The position numbers were made by a program, and so were the translations under genes. The notes beneath the pieces were generated by a model, which was not told the origin of the DNA, did not search any database, and was given only the letters and a program-made list of their open reading frames with translations. Of a DNA stretch of 64,000 nt, positions 50,293 through 59,314 are shown piece after piece; position 1 is the first letter of the stretch, and every line of letters starts with the position of its first letter. Source of the stretch: an uncultured Lentimicrobiaceae bacterium (lineage in GTDB: Bacteria; Bacteroidota; Bacteroidia; Bacteroidales; UBA4417); contig CAZJCG010000002.1 in assembly GCA_964544545.1 (NCBI GenBank), forward strand, positions 89,319-153,318. Reading direction: 5' to 3'.

Positions 50293-50661
50293 GAAAATAT
50301 TTCCTATTCATATATAAAAGCACACTAAAATCATCAATAGTGCGATCAACCTGAGGAATCGGCGTGAATGACCATGCTTCTCCCCGGTTAATGCATGGCC
50401 AAACTAAAACTTTCATGCAGGCGCCGGTTGATGTTTGCCTTGCCGAACCGGAAATCCGGACAGAGCGACCAGCGTCTGTTAAAATTTATATTCCTTGTAA
50501 TCTCTTTATTCTGAAATAACTACGGATATCCTGATAACCGGATTTCTTCGAGAGCCTGATGAGGAAGCGACTTTCACCACATCAGCCTGTTATCATTCCC
50601 GGTGAGGTGATGATAGCCAGGTAAAATGAGAAAAACGAGGAAGAAATCCAGTCGAATAGGC

Positions 50662-50669
50662 TACTTTTG
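50662..50669 (+). promoter_or_regulatory. -7 box TACTTTTG upstream of the LytTR gene
   Basis: Perfect match, 20 nt before ATG 50689. Confidence 0.5.
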
Positions 50670-50688
50670 CAAAGGATAATAAAAAGTG

Positions 50689-51552
50689 ATGCCTGATATC
50701 TCACAGCCTATACCCATATATCTGACCAAGAAGAGGAACATAGTTCAGCTCATCCTCTTCACGGCTTTGTTTGCCCTGGTTTTCATCAACATTTATGAAC
50801 CTTTCGGCGTCAATGTCTGGTTTGAGATAACACGCTGGCAGCTTTTATTTTATTCGAGCCTGATCACACTTACCGGAGTGCTTGTCGTGGTGATAAGCCG
50901 GATCATCATGTATCATGTTTGTCGAAAAAGGAAGCTATCGTATGGGTACTATTTCTTATGGGTATTGGGTGAAATTGTATTCATGGCTCTATTCTATGCT
51001 CTCTATATCAAACTAATCCTTCACGATCACCGATACTTTCCGGATCTCTTTAAACTCACAGTACAAAATACGGCCCTGCTGCTGCTGTTGCCCTATTCGG
51101 TACTCTGGCTCTATTTCTCATGGAAAGAAAAGAAAGCAGCCATCGAGGAACTTTCGTCCGTACAGCAACCTGCTGATACTTCACGGTTTATGGTACCTTT
51201 TGCAGATGAAAAGGGTATCCTCCGGTTTTCGGTGAAGCTGGACCACCTTTTGTATATCGAGGCTTCCGATAATTATGTCAGCATCTATTATCTCAATAAG
51301 GATAAAGTCACCCGTTTTCTCTTACGGAACTCGTTAAAGAACCTGGAAGACAGTCTGAAGGGCACTGAGATAGTGCGTTGTCACAGGCGTTATATGGTAA
51401 ACTGCTCCAAGGTCCGGGTGATCAGGCGGGAAAAAGACGGATTAAAGCTTGAACTAGACCTGCCGTCGGTAATTGATGTTCCTGTCACCAAAACATATTC
51501 TGATGTTGTGATGAGTGCTTTCACCCATTTTTCGCCTCAGGCGGAAGATTAG
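50689..51552 (+). CDS. membrane-anchored LytTR-family DNA-binding protein
   Basis: Four N-terminal TM helices and a C-terminal LytTR domain (LLYIEASDNYVSIYYLNKDKVTRFLLRNSLKNLEDSL...IVRCHRRYMVN). The ATG at 50689 follows the GTG at 50686. A TACTTTTG box lies 20 nt upstream. Confidence 0.85.
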   Translation: MPDISQPIPIYLTKKRNIVQLILFTALFALVFINIYEPFGVNVWFEITRWQLLFYSSLITLTGVLVVVISRIIMYHVCRKRKLSYGYYFLWVLGEIVFMALFYALYIKLILHDHRYFPDLFKLTVQNTALLLLLPYSVLWLYFSWKEKKAAIEELSSVQQPADTSRFMVPFADEKGILRFSVKLDHLLYIEASDNYVSIYYLNKDKVTRFLLRNSLKNLEDSLKGTEIVRCHRRYMVNCSKVRVIRREKDGLKLELDLPSVIDVPVTKTYSDVVMSAFTHFSPQAED

Positions 51553-54500
51553 TACTCTCCCCAGCTTTTTACAACCAGATCGTCCAGACTCAACCTGCAG
51601 ATTGCATACAGGAATGCGCTTGCCAGCCGGGCATTGGTGATCAGCGGGATATTAAAGTCGACTGCTGACCTCCGGATTGTATAATCGTTGGCCAGTTCGG
51701 TGCGGGAAAGGTTCTTGGGAATATTGATCACCAGGTCAATCTTGCGTTCGCGCAGATAATCCAGGGTATTGGGGTGTGCATCTTCATCCGGCCAGTGCAA
51801 CATGGTAGCCTGAACGCCATTCTCCATCAGGAACTGAGCCGTCCCTCTGGTTGCAAACAGGGTGAAGCCTTTTTCGGTGAGCATGCGGGCGCTTTGCAGG
51901 AGTTCCACTTTGGAACGTGCATCGCCGGTTGACAAAAGGATATTTTTCTCAGGGATGCGATAGCCAACCGAGAGCATTGCCTTCAGCAGGGTTTCATAAT
52001 AGTTTTCCCCTATGCATCCCACCTCTCCTGTGGATGCCATTTCCACTCCCAGCACTGGATCGGCGGCCTGAAGCCGGGAAAATGAGAACTGGGAAGCCTT
52101 AACGCCGATATAGTCCAGGTCGAAGGCACTTTTTTCGGGCTTTGTGACCGGCAATCCCAACATAATGCGTGTTGCCAGGTCGATGAAGTTCACCTTGATC
52201 ACTTTTGAAACAAAAGGGAAGGAGCGTGAAGCCCTGAGATTGCATTCAATCACTTTGATGTCGTTGTCCTTAGCCAGAAACTGCATATTGAACGGCCCGG
52301 ATATCTGCAAAGCCCGGGCGATGTCGCGCGAGATCCGCTTGATGCGTCTTGCTGTTTCGAAATACATTTTCTGGGCCGGGAATACCATGGTGGCATCGCC
52401 CGAGTGTACACCGGCGAATTCTATATGCTCGGAGATCGCATAGGCCAGTATTTCACCCTTATCAGCAACTGCATCAATCTCTATTTCCTTTGCATTCTGG
52501 ACAAATTCCGACACTACCACGGGATATTCTTTTGAGACCTTTGCAGCCAGCGAAAGGAAGAAATCAAGTTCCTGACGATTGGAAACCACATTCATGGCAG
52601 CGCCCGACAATACATAAGAAGGCCGGATCAGCACAGGAAATCCCACCTCTGAAACAAACTGGTGGATGTCGTCCAGGTTTGAGAGTTCCTTCCAACGAGG
52701 CTGGTCTATCTCAAGGCTATCGAGCAAGGTAGAAAACTTATGCCTGTTCTCAGCCTTGTCGATGTTCTCCGGAGAGGTCCCAAGGACAGGAACATGCTGC
52801 TCAAACAGCCTCATAGCCAGGTTATTGGCAATCTGGCCACCCGTAGAGATGATTACCCCGTGCGGATCTTCGAGATCAATAATGTCCATGGTTCTTTCAA
52901 AGGACAGTTCATCAAAGAAGAGCCTGTCGCAGGTGTCGTAATCAGTGCTGACGGTTTCGGGGTTGAAATTGATCATCACCCCTCTGTAACCTTGTTTCCT
53001 TGCAGTTGTCAATGCGTTCACCGAACACCAGTCGAACTCGACCGAGCTGCCGATCCGGTAGGCTCCGGAGCCCAGTACTATAACCGAGCGCTTGTCCTGT
53101 TCGCAGGCTATATCATGCTCCGAGGCATTATAGGTCAGATAGAGATAATTTGTTTGAGCTGGGTATTCGGCGGCAAGGGTGTCAATTTGCTTCACATAAG
53201 GGACAATCCCAATCTGTTTCCGCAATTTCCTGACCTGAAGCAGTTGTTCCTTCAGGTTGCCGGAAGACTTCAGGACGAACCGGGCGATCTGGAAATCAGA
53301 AAAGCCTTGTTGTTTAGCTGCCAGAAGCAAGTCCGGATCAAGATTCTCCAGCGAATTTTCGCCTTTAAGTTCCAGCATGGTATCATAAATGGCCTTCAAC
53401 TTTACCAGGAACCATTTGTCGATCCGCGTAAGCCGATGTATCTCATCCAGAGTGATCCCGGCTTCAAAAGCGCTGGCAATTGAATAAATCCGCATATCGG
53501 TTGGTTCGGCGAGTGCTTTCCGGATATCGTCGAATTCGATATCGCTATTGCCAACAAAGCCGTGAGTCCCCTGCCCCACCATCCGGAGGCCCTTCTGGAT
53601 GGCTTCTTCGAACGTTCTGCCAATGGCCATGACCTCTCCGACACTTTTCATGCTGGAGCCGATGACCTTGGAAACGCCCATAAATTTATTCAGATCCCAG
53701 CGGGGTATTTTAACCACGATATAGTCGAGAGCCGGTTCAAAAAAGGCTGTTGTGGTCCGGGTGACGGAGTTCTTCAGTTCATGCAGCCCGTAACCCAATG
53801 CCAGCTTTGCAGCTACGAAGGCCAGCGGGTAGCCGGTAGCCTTGGATGCAAGCGCTGATGAACGCGACAAACGCGCATTGACCTCTATCACCCGGTAATC
53901 CTCCGACTCAGGATCGAGAGCATACTGGACATTACACTCCCCGACGATGCCCACACTCCTGACAATCTGGATGGCAAGTCGACGCAGTTTATGATACTCG
54001 CTATTCGTCAGTGTCTGGGAAGGTGCCACCACAATACTCTCACCGGTATGGATGCCGAGCGGGTCGAAGTTCTCCATGTTGCAGACGGTGATGCAGTTAT
54101 CGAAACAATCGCGTACCACTTCGTATTCCACTTCCTTCCAACCTTTGAGCGATTCTTCCACCAGGATTTGCCCTGAATAGGAAAATGCCTTATTGGCCAG
54201 CTTTATCAGTTCATCACGGTTGTAACAAAATCCGGAACCTTGTCCGCCAAGGGTATAGGCTGCTCTGACAATGATGGGAAAACCCAGTTCTTCAGATGCA
54301 TTCAGTGCATCCTCCAGCGATGTGACTGCAATGCTGCGGGGTGTCCTGACTTCAATGCTGTGGAGTTTACGGGCGAAGAGTTCCCTGTCTTCGGTCTCCA
54401 TGATAGCAGTTACAGGAGTTCCCAGGACTTTCACATTGTATTTTTCCAGTATTCCGCTCCGATGGAGTTCCACCCCGCAGTTCAGGGCCGTCTGACCTCC

Positions 54501-54767
54501 GAAGGCAAGCAGGATGCCATCGGGTTTTTCCTTTCGGATGACTTTTTCGACGAAAAAAGGCGTAACGGGCAGGAAGTAGATCTTGTCGGCTACTCCTTCG
54601 GATGTCTGGACGGTGGCAATATTGGGATTGATGAGGATGGAGTATATACCCTCTTCCCGCAAGGCTTTGAGTGCCTGCGATCCGCTGTAATCGAACTCAC
54701 CGGCTTCTCCAATCTTCAGGGCGCCGCTGCCAAGGACAAGTACTTTACTGATTGTGTTCTTCATCAT
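51549..54767 (-). CDS. carB: carbamoyl-phosphate synthase large subunit
   Basis: 1072 aa with duplicated ATP-grasp halves (VLVLGSGALKIGEAGEFDYSG and VIVLGSGAYRIGSSVEFDWC) and a C-terminal MGS-like domain. Confidence 0.97.
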   Translation of the reverse strand: MMKNTISKVLVLGSGALKIGEAGEFDYSGSQALKALREEGIYSILINPNIATVQTSEGVADKIYFLPVTPFFVEKVIRKEKPDGILLAFGGQTALNCGVELHRSGILEKYNVKVLGTPVTAIMETEDRELFARKLHSIEVRTPRSIAVTSLEDALNASEELGFPIIVRAAYTLGGQGSGFCYNRDELIKLANKAFSYSGQILVEESLKGWKEVEYEVVRDCFDNCITVCNMENFDPLGIHTGESIVVAPSQTLTNSEYHKLRRLAIQIVRSVGIVGECNVQYALDPESEDYRVIEVNARLSRSSALASKATGYPLAFVAAKLALGYGLHELKNSVTRTTTAFFEPALDYIVVKIPRWDLNKFMGVSKVIGSSMKSVGEVMAIGRTFEEAIQKGLRMVGQGTHGFVGNSDIEFDDIRKALAEPTDMRIYSIASAFEAGITLDEIHRLTRIDKWFLVKLKAIYDTMLELKGENSLENLDPDLLLAAKQQGFSDFQIARFVLKSSGNLKEQLLQVRKLRKQIGIVPYVKQIDTLAAEYPAQTNYLYLTYNASEHDIACEQDKRSVIVLGSGAYRIGSSVEFDWCSVNALTTARKQGYRGVMINFNPETVSTDYDTCDRLFFDELSFERTMDIIDLEDPHGVIISTGGQIANNLAMRLFEQHVPVLGTSPENIDKAENRHKFSTLLDSLEIDQPRWKELSNLDDIHQFVSEVGFPVLIRPSYVLSGAAMNVVSNRQELDFFLSLAAKVSKEYPVVVSEFVQNAKEIEIDAVADKGEILAYAISEHIEFAGVHSGDATMVFPAQKMYFETARRIKRISRDIARALQISGPFNMQFLAKDNDIKVIECNLRASRSFPFVSKVIKVNFIDLATRIMLGLPVTKPEKSAFDLDYIGVKASQFSFSRLQAADPVLGVEMASTGEVGCIGENYYETLLKAMLSVGYRIPEKNILLSTGDARSKVELLQSARMLTEKGFTLFATRGTAQFLMENGVQATMLHWPDEDAHPNTLDYLRERKIDLVINIPKNLSRTELANDYTIRRSAVDFNIPLITNARLASAFLYAICRLSLDDLVVKSWGEY

Positions 54768-55068
54768 TCAAGTGACTCTATATTTTTCGAGAGATGCACA
54801 GCTTATTCCGGTGCATTGCCCTCCGGATTTTAGCAGAAGTCTCTCGCAGCGTTCGCTTTCAATACACTTTAGCAAACCTGTAAATCAGGTACTTTACCAT
54901 TTTCACCGATGTTCATTCGGTTTACCGGTCAGTTGGTCAATGACTTACCGGTAACCGGCCGATGGCTTCAGATGCGAAATACCCGATCTGATTACCTCAG
55001 TACAAACTGCATCTGATCTTGCATCTGCGTATTTGATTAAATATCTGCAAGATATTCCGTTCTGCATT

Positions 55069-55098
55069 CAAAGAATCCGGCAACTAAATACTTGCCGG
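55069..55098 (-). terminator. candidate terminator or attenuator hairpin 40 nt after the carA stop
   Basis: A 7-bp stem CCGGCAA/TTGCCGG, followed on the minus strand by ATTCTTTG. The U tract is weak. Confidence 0.3.
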
Positions 55099-55137
55099 CT
55101 ACCGTTCCGCGGATTTATCGTTTCCGCGGCAACAGTT

Positions 55138-56220
55138 CTATCCCTGCTTACGAATAAGAGCAAGGAAATCATCAAAGAGATATTCCGTATCGGTAGGACC
55201 GCTGGAGGCTTCGGGGTGGAACTGTACGGAGCAGACCTGGCGGCTTTTATGCCGGATGCCCTCGTTGGTCCCATCATTCAGGTTAATGAAGTACGTCTCC
55301 CACTCTTCGCCCAGCGTTGAGTTATCGATTGCAAAGCCATGGTTCTGGGAGGTAATGAAGGCCCTGTTGGTGCCAACCTGCAGCACCGGCTGGTTATGGC
55401 TGCGGTGCCCGTATTTCAGTTTATAGGTATCGGCCCCTGAAGCAAGTGCGATCAACTGGTTGCCCAGACATATCCCGAAGACGGGTATATCTTGTTTTAA
55501 CGCTCTGGCCAGGTTCCGGATAGTGGCCTCGCACATTTTGGGATTTCCAGGGCCATTGGAGATGAACAGGCCGTCGTACTTCTCGGTGCTGAAGTCATAA
55601 TCCCATGGCACACGGATCACGGTGGTGGTGCGCTTCAGGAAATGCCGGATAATGTTGTTCTTAACGCCACAGTCGATCAGTAATATGCGGGTATCTCCGG
55701 TACCGTAACGGATCACCTCTTTGCAGCTTACCTGGTTGACCAGGTTTTGCAGATTTGGATCGACGAAGTCGACATCTTCTCCTTCAAACACGATCTTGCC
55801 AAGCATGGCGCCCTTTTCACGGATGATCTTGGTAAGAGCACGGGTATCAATACCATAGAGGCCGGGCACTTTGTTCCTTACCAGCCAGGAACTGAGGCTT
55901 TCGCCGGCATTCCAGTGGCTGAAGCCGAATGAGTAATCCGAAACGATCAGACCGGTAACCTGGATACGGTCTGATTCAAAAAAGCGGAGTATACCATCTT
56001 CTTCCATCTGCAGCGGAACTCCGTAGTTCCCGATCAGCGGGTAGGTGGCCACCAGGATCTGTCCTGCATAGGAAGGATCGGTAAGGCTTTCGGGATAGCC
56101 GGTCATGGAAGTATTAAATACCACCTCTCCTGCAACGGAGCGATTGTATCCAAAGGATTTTCCTTTCAGACGGGTACCGTCTTCCAGCACCAGGAAAGCC
56201 GTTTGTTGTTCAGGTCTCAA
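55138..56220 (-). CDS. carA: carbamoyl-phosphate synthase small (glutamine amidotransferase) subunit
   Basis: The LVLEDGTRLKGKSFG N-domain, GATase Cys in FGICLGNQLIA, and HP(E) in QFHPEASSGP. Confidence 0.96.
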   Translation of the reverse strand: MRPEQQTAFLVLEDGTRLKGKSFGYNRSVAGEVVFNTSMTGYPESLTDPSYAGQILVATYPLIGNYGVPLQMEEDGILRFFESDRIQVTGLIVSDYSFGFSHWNAGESLSSWLVRNKVPGLYGIDTRALTKIIREKGAMLGKIVFEGEDVDFVDPNLQNLVNQVSCKEVIRYGTGDTRILLIDCGVKNNIIRHFLKRTTTVIRVPWDYDFSTEKYDGLFISNGPGNPKMCEATIRNLARALKQDIPVFGICLGNQLIALASGADTYKLKYGHRSHNQPVLQVGTNRAFITSQNHGFAIDNSTLGEEWETYFINLNDGTNEGIRHKSRQVCSVQFHPEASSGPTDTEYLFDDFLALIRKQG

Positions 56221-56234
56221 TTTATCAGGATACT

Positions 56235-57179
56235 TCAGTTGGTTTCGATGATCTGGAGCAGTTCATCCAGCTTGGGCGTAAGGATGATCTCAGTGCGGCG
56301 GTTCTTAGCCCTTGCTGCATTTGTATTTGCATTGTCGACCGGAAGGTATTCGCTGCGACCGGCCGTGGTGAACCTGACAGGTTCAAGTTTTGCGTTTGAA
56401 AGCAGTATTTTGACGATCGCGGTTGCGCGCATTACGCTCAGATCCCAGTTATCTTTCACCTGACCGGTACCGTTATAGGGAACGTTGTCGGTATGTCCTT
56501 CGATCATCACGTTGATATCCGGATTCTTTTCCAGGACCTTTGCCAGATTTTTGAGTGCAGCGACTCCTTCGCTGCTCACTTCCCATTTCCCTGAGGCAAA
56601 GAGTAGTTTTTCTTCCATAGAAACGTACACTTTGCCGTTTTTCATCTTCACGGTCAGGCCTTTTCCTTCGAATCCCAGCAGGGCATCTGCCACAGCCTTT
56701 CGCAGGGCCTGTGTTACTGAATCCTTTTTATGCAATGCCGATTGCAGTTCAAGCAGGTTTTTGCCTTTCATGTCCAGTTCGGCCTGAAGCGCCCTGAGCT
56801 TGTCCTCTCTGGCCAGAAGGTTATCCTGGGCTGCTTTCAGCTCTGCCATGATCCGCGAGGTTTCTTCTTCGTTCCCGCTGGCCTGGGCTTTCAGCATTTC
56901 GAAAGAGCGGTCCAGTTCCTGGTAATCGGCTGTGAGCACCCGAAGCCGGGATGACAGGTCAGTGGTATCAGCCTTCAGCTTAGCCAGTTCACTTTTCATC
57001 CGGCTGTTTTCGGATGTAAGTTCATTCCGGATAGTTGAAAGCTCATCTACTTTTGCTGACAGTTCTTCATTTTGTGACTTGCAGCGGCTTGCAAGATCGT
57101 TGTATTTTTTGGTCGAAACGCACGACAGGGTTCCGCCCGCAAGGAGGACAACCAGCACAAGGAAAGGGATCCTTTTCAT
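56235..57179 (-). CDS. OmpA-family lipoprotein with long coiled-coil N-terminal region
   Basis: Lipobox LLAGGTLSC, about 150 aa of heptad-like E/K/L-rich sequence, and a C-terminal OmpA domain (GHTDNVP ... NRRTEIILTP). Confidence 0.85.
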   Translation of the reverse strand: MKRIPFLVLVVLLAGGTLSCVSTKKYNDLASRCKSQNEELSAKVDELSTIRNELTSENSRMKSELAKLKADTTDLSSRLRVLTADYQELDRSFEMLKAQASGNEEETSRIMAELKAAQDNLLAREDKLRALQAELDMKGKNLLELQSALHKKDSVTQALRKAVADALLGFEGKGLTVKMKNGKVYVSMEEKLLFASGKWEVSSEGVAALKNLAKVLEKNPDINVMIEGHTDNVPYNGTGQVKDNWDLSVMRATAIVKILLSNAKLEPVRFTTAGRSEYLPVDNANTNAARAKNRRTEIILTPKLDELLQIIETN

Positions 57180-57236
57180 AGGGAGACTTTATGGTTACAT
57201 ACAAAACCTGACTGGTGAACGGAAGGCCCGTTCCCA

Positions 57237-58001
57237 TCAGAAATCAATCTCAAGCAGGATGGGGCAGTGATCCGAGTGACGAGCCATAGGCAGGATGGCT
57301 GCGCGTTGCATTCTTTTTTCCAGGGGATCACTCACCATATGGTAATCGATCCTCCATCCCAGGTTCCGTTCCCGGGCGTTGACCCGGTAGCTCCACCAGG
57401 AGTAATGATGTGGTTCTTTGACGAAATAACGAAAGGAATCAATGAAGCCGCTGTAAAGGAATGTGCTGAGCCATTCTCTTTCCTCCGGGAGAAATCCGCT
57501 GTTTGTGACATTCCTCACAGGGTCGTGAATATCAATTGCCTGGTGGCAGATATTAAAATCGCCGGAGATCACCAGGTTGGGGCGTGATTTCTTCAGTTCC
57601 TGAGTATATTCGAGGAAATGTCCCAGCCACTGCATCTTGAAAGATTGCCTTTCATCGCCTGTTGTCCCGGAAGGGTGATAAACGGAAATGACTGAAGTAT
57701 CGCCAAAATCGGCACGCAGCACCCGCCCTTCCTTATCGTAAAGAGGGATTCCCATTCCATAAACAACCTTGTCGGGATTTCGCCGGGTGATGATCCCTAC
57801 GCCGCTGTAACCTTTTTTTTCGGCAGGCAACCAGTATGTTTGATAGCCCAGGCTTTCGAATTCGAGAACAGGTATCTGGTCGGGATGGGCTTTTATTTCC
57901 TGAAAACAAAGAATATCAGGCGATGCAGCCTTTATCCATTCCAGCAGTCCTTTGCCGATAGCGGCGCGGATTCCGTTTACGTTGTAACTGATTATCTTCA
58001 T
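57237..58001 (-). CDS. xth: exodeoxyribonuclease III
   Basis: MKIISYNVNGIRAA, FQEIK and SDHCP motifs; 254 aa. Confidence 0.94.
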   Translation of the reverse strand: MKIISYNVNGIRAAIGKGLLEWIKAASPDILCFQEIKAHPDQIPVLEFESLGYQTYWLPAEKKGYSGVGIITRRNPDKVVYGMGIPLYDKEGRVLRADFGDTSVISVYHPSGTTGDERQSFKMQWLGHFLEYTQELKKSRPNLVISGDFNICHQAIDIHDPVRNVTNSGFLPEEREWLSTFLYSGFIDSFRYFVKEPHHYSWWSYRVNARERNLGWRIDYHMVSDPLEKRMQRAAILPMARHSDHCPILLEIDF

Positions 58002-58125
58002 CGGGGAATATCGCCGTAAAGGTAGCCCAAATCAGCCTTCCGGCATTATAAGCCCGGCAGAAGTTATGAAGAAATAATCAACAACGCTACCTGATCAGGA
58101 TATCAGGTAAAAGAGGCAAGAATTA

Positions 58126-59058
58126 TTATTCAAAAATGGCGCATGTGCCCATACATATCCCTTCACATTGATCCAGGCAAGGTTCCGTGTGTATCATCAC
58201 GGTGGCGTTGGAGAGTTTATCAACGATCTGGGCAGTGATCTCATCGCAGATATCGTGAGCCTCTTTCACCGTAAGGTCCTTATGGACCACGAGGTGAAAT
58301 TCGATGAACCTTTCCGAACCTGATTTCCGTGTTTTCAGTTTGTGAAAGCTTTTAGCCCTCGGGAAGAAAGAGGCTATGATCGACCGGATAAGTTCTTCTT
58401 CATTTTGCGGAAGGTGTTCATCGAGCAATGCTTTAACAGAATCGTAGGTAAGCTCCCAGGCTGCTTTAAAGATGAGTCCTGCCACGCCCAGGGCAACAAC
58501 GGGGTCGATCCACTGGAGGTGCAGTTCGGGGAACAGGGCGTTACCGATATAGTAAACCAGCAATCCAAAGGCCACTCCTGCCGAAGTCCAGACATCGGTA
58601 CGGAGATGCCAGCCGTCGGCCATGAGGGCCATTGAGTCAGTTTCCTTACCTACTTTGAAAAGTTTGCGCGACACAACCACATTGGTAATGGCCGATACAC
58701 TCATGACCAGAACGCCCCAACCGGGTGTTTCGATCACTCCCGGAAACATCAGTTTGCGGATAGCTTCTACGCATATCCATCCGGCAGCGACGAAGATCAG
58801 AAAGCCTTCAATGGCTGCTGAAAGGTTTTCATATTTCCCGTGCCCGAAAGCGTGCCTGTCATCAGCCGGTTTGCTGGCAGCCCTCACGGCTAAAAATGCG
58901 ATCAGGGATGCAACCAGGTCCATCCCGGAATGAATGGCTTCCGAGATCACCGACACCGAGCCAATAAACAAGCCCACGATGAGTTTGAACACCACCAGGG
59001 TTGAATTGGAAACCACTGACAGTATCGCGACTTTTCTTTTTCTTTTTGCTTTGTCCAT
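58126..59058 (-). CDS. cation diffusion facilitator family transporter
   Basis: Six TM helices with HSGMD and HLRTD-type metal-site motifs and a cytoplasmic C-terminal domain. Confidence 0.88.
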   Translation of the reverse strand: MDKAKRKRKVAILSVVSNSTLVVFKLIVGLFIGSVSVISEAIHSGMDLVASLIAFLAVRAASKPADDRHAFGHGKYENLSAAIEGFLIFVAAGWICVEAIRKLMFPGVIETPGWGVLVMSVSAITNVVVSRKLFKVGKETDSMALMADGWHLRTDVWTSAGVAFGLLVYYIGNALFPELHLQWIDPVVALGVAGLIFKAAWELTYDSVKALLDEHLPQNEEELIRSIIASFFPRAKSFHKLKTRKSGSERFIEFHLVVHKDLTVKEAHDICDEITAQIVDKLSNATVMIHTEPCLDQCEGICMGTCAIFE

Positions 59059-59299
59059 CTGGAGTAGGTATAAAAAATCCCTCTGGGTTTATCAAGTCCC
59101 ACAGGGATATCCTGCTGCCGGTTGTACGAACGAAGCCGAAAACCAGCCCGACTGCATCAGCATTCTGCCGACCGCCTGATCTTATAAAAATTTTTTTGCA
59201 AATATAAGGGAGTGAATAATATCGGCAAATCGAGTGGTTCAATTCTTATACAGACCGAAACCAAATTACAGCCTATCGTAACGAATGCATGGATTTCCC

Positions 59300-59307
59300 T
59301 ATTTTTG
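59300..59307 (+). promoter_or_regulatory. -7 box TATTTTTG immediately upstream of the ClC gene start
   Basis: Perfect match, 8 nt before ATG 59315. This implies a leaderless or near-leaderless mRNA. Confidence 0.45.
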
Positions 59308-59314
59308 TCTATCG

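Noticed and set aside
49891-50354. ORFs 49891..50136 (+) and 49974..50354 (+) spanning the repeat and the tRNA
   Set aside because: They run antisense through a tRNA gene and a tandem repeat. The internally repeated peptide (FAHSGGINFSSRSDKGLISLKGQLLLLSDQD, twice) is just the DNA repeat translated. There is no promoter or start context.
50554-50588. Hammerhead-like CUGAUGAG followed by a short hairpin
   Set aside because: The obligatory GAAA/CGAAAC core after stem II is missing, and stems I and III cannot be drawn. It is a chance match to 8 nt.
52740-53483. Long antisense ORFs inside carB (52740..53483, 247 aa; also 54240..54833, 52349..52732)
   Set aside because: They are fully embedded antisense to a highly conserved gene, with Arg/Gly/Pro/Leu-rich junk-like composition. 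Stop-poor antisense frames like this are typical of strongly codon-biased genes.
59059-59314. Possible fluoride (crcB-motif) riboswitch upstream of the ClC gene
   Set aside because: I find no GGCGAUG...CUGAUGAU...CCUAC-type core. The encoded ClC is a long CBS-containing type rather than the short fluoride-specific clade, and a -7 box sits 8 nt from the ATG, leaving no room for a leader.
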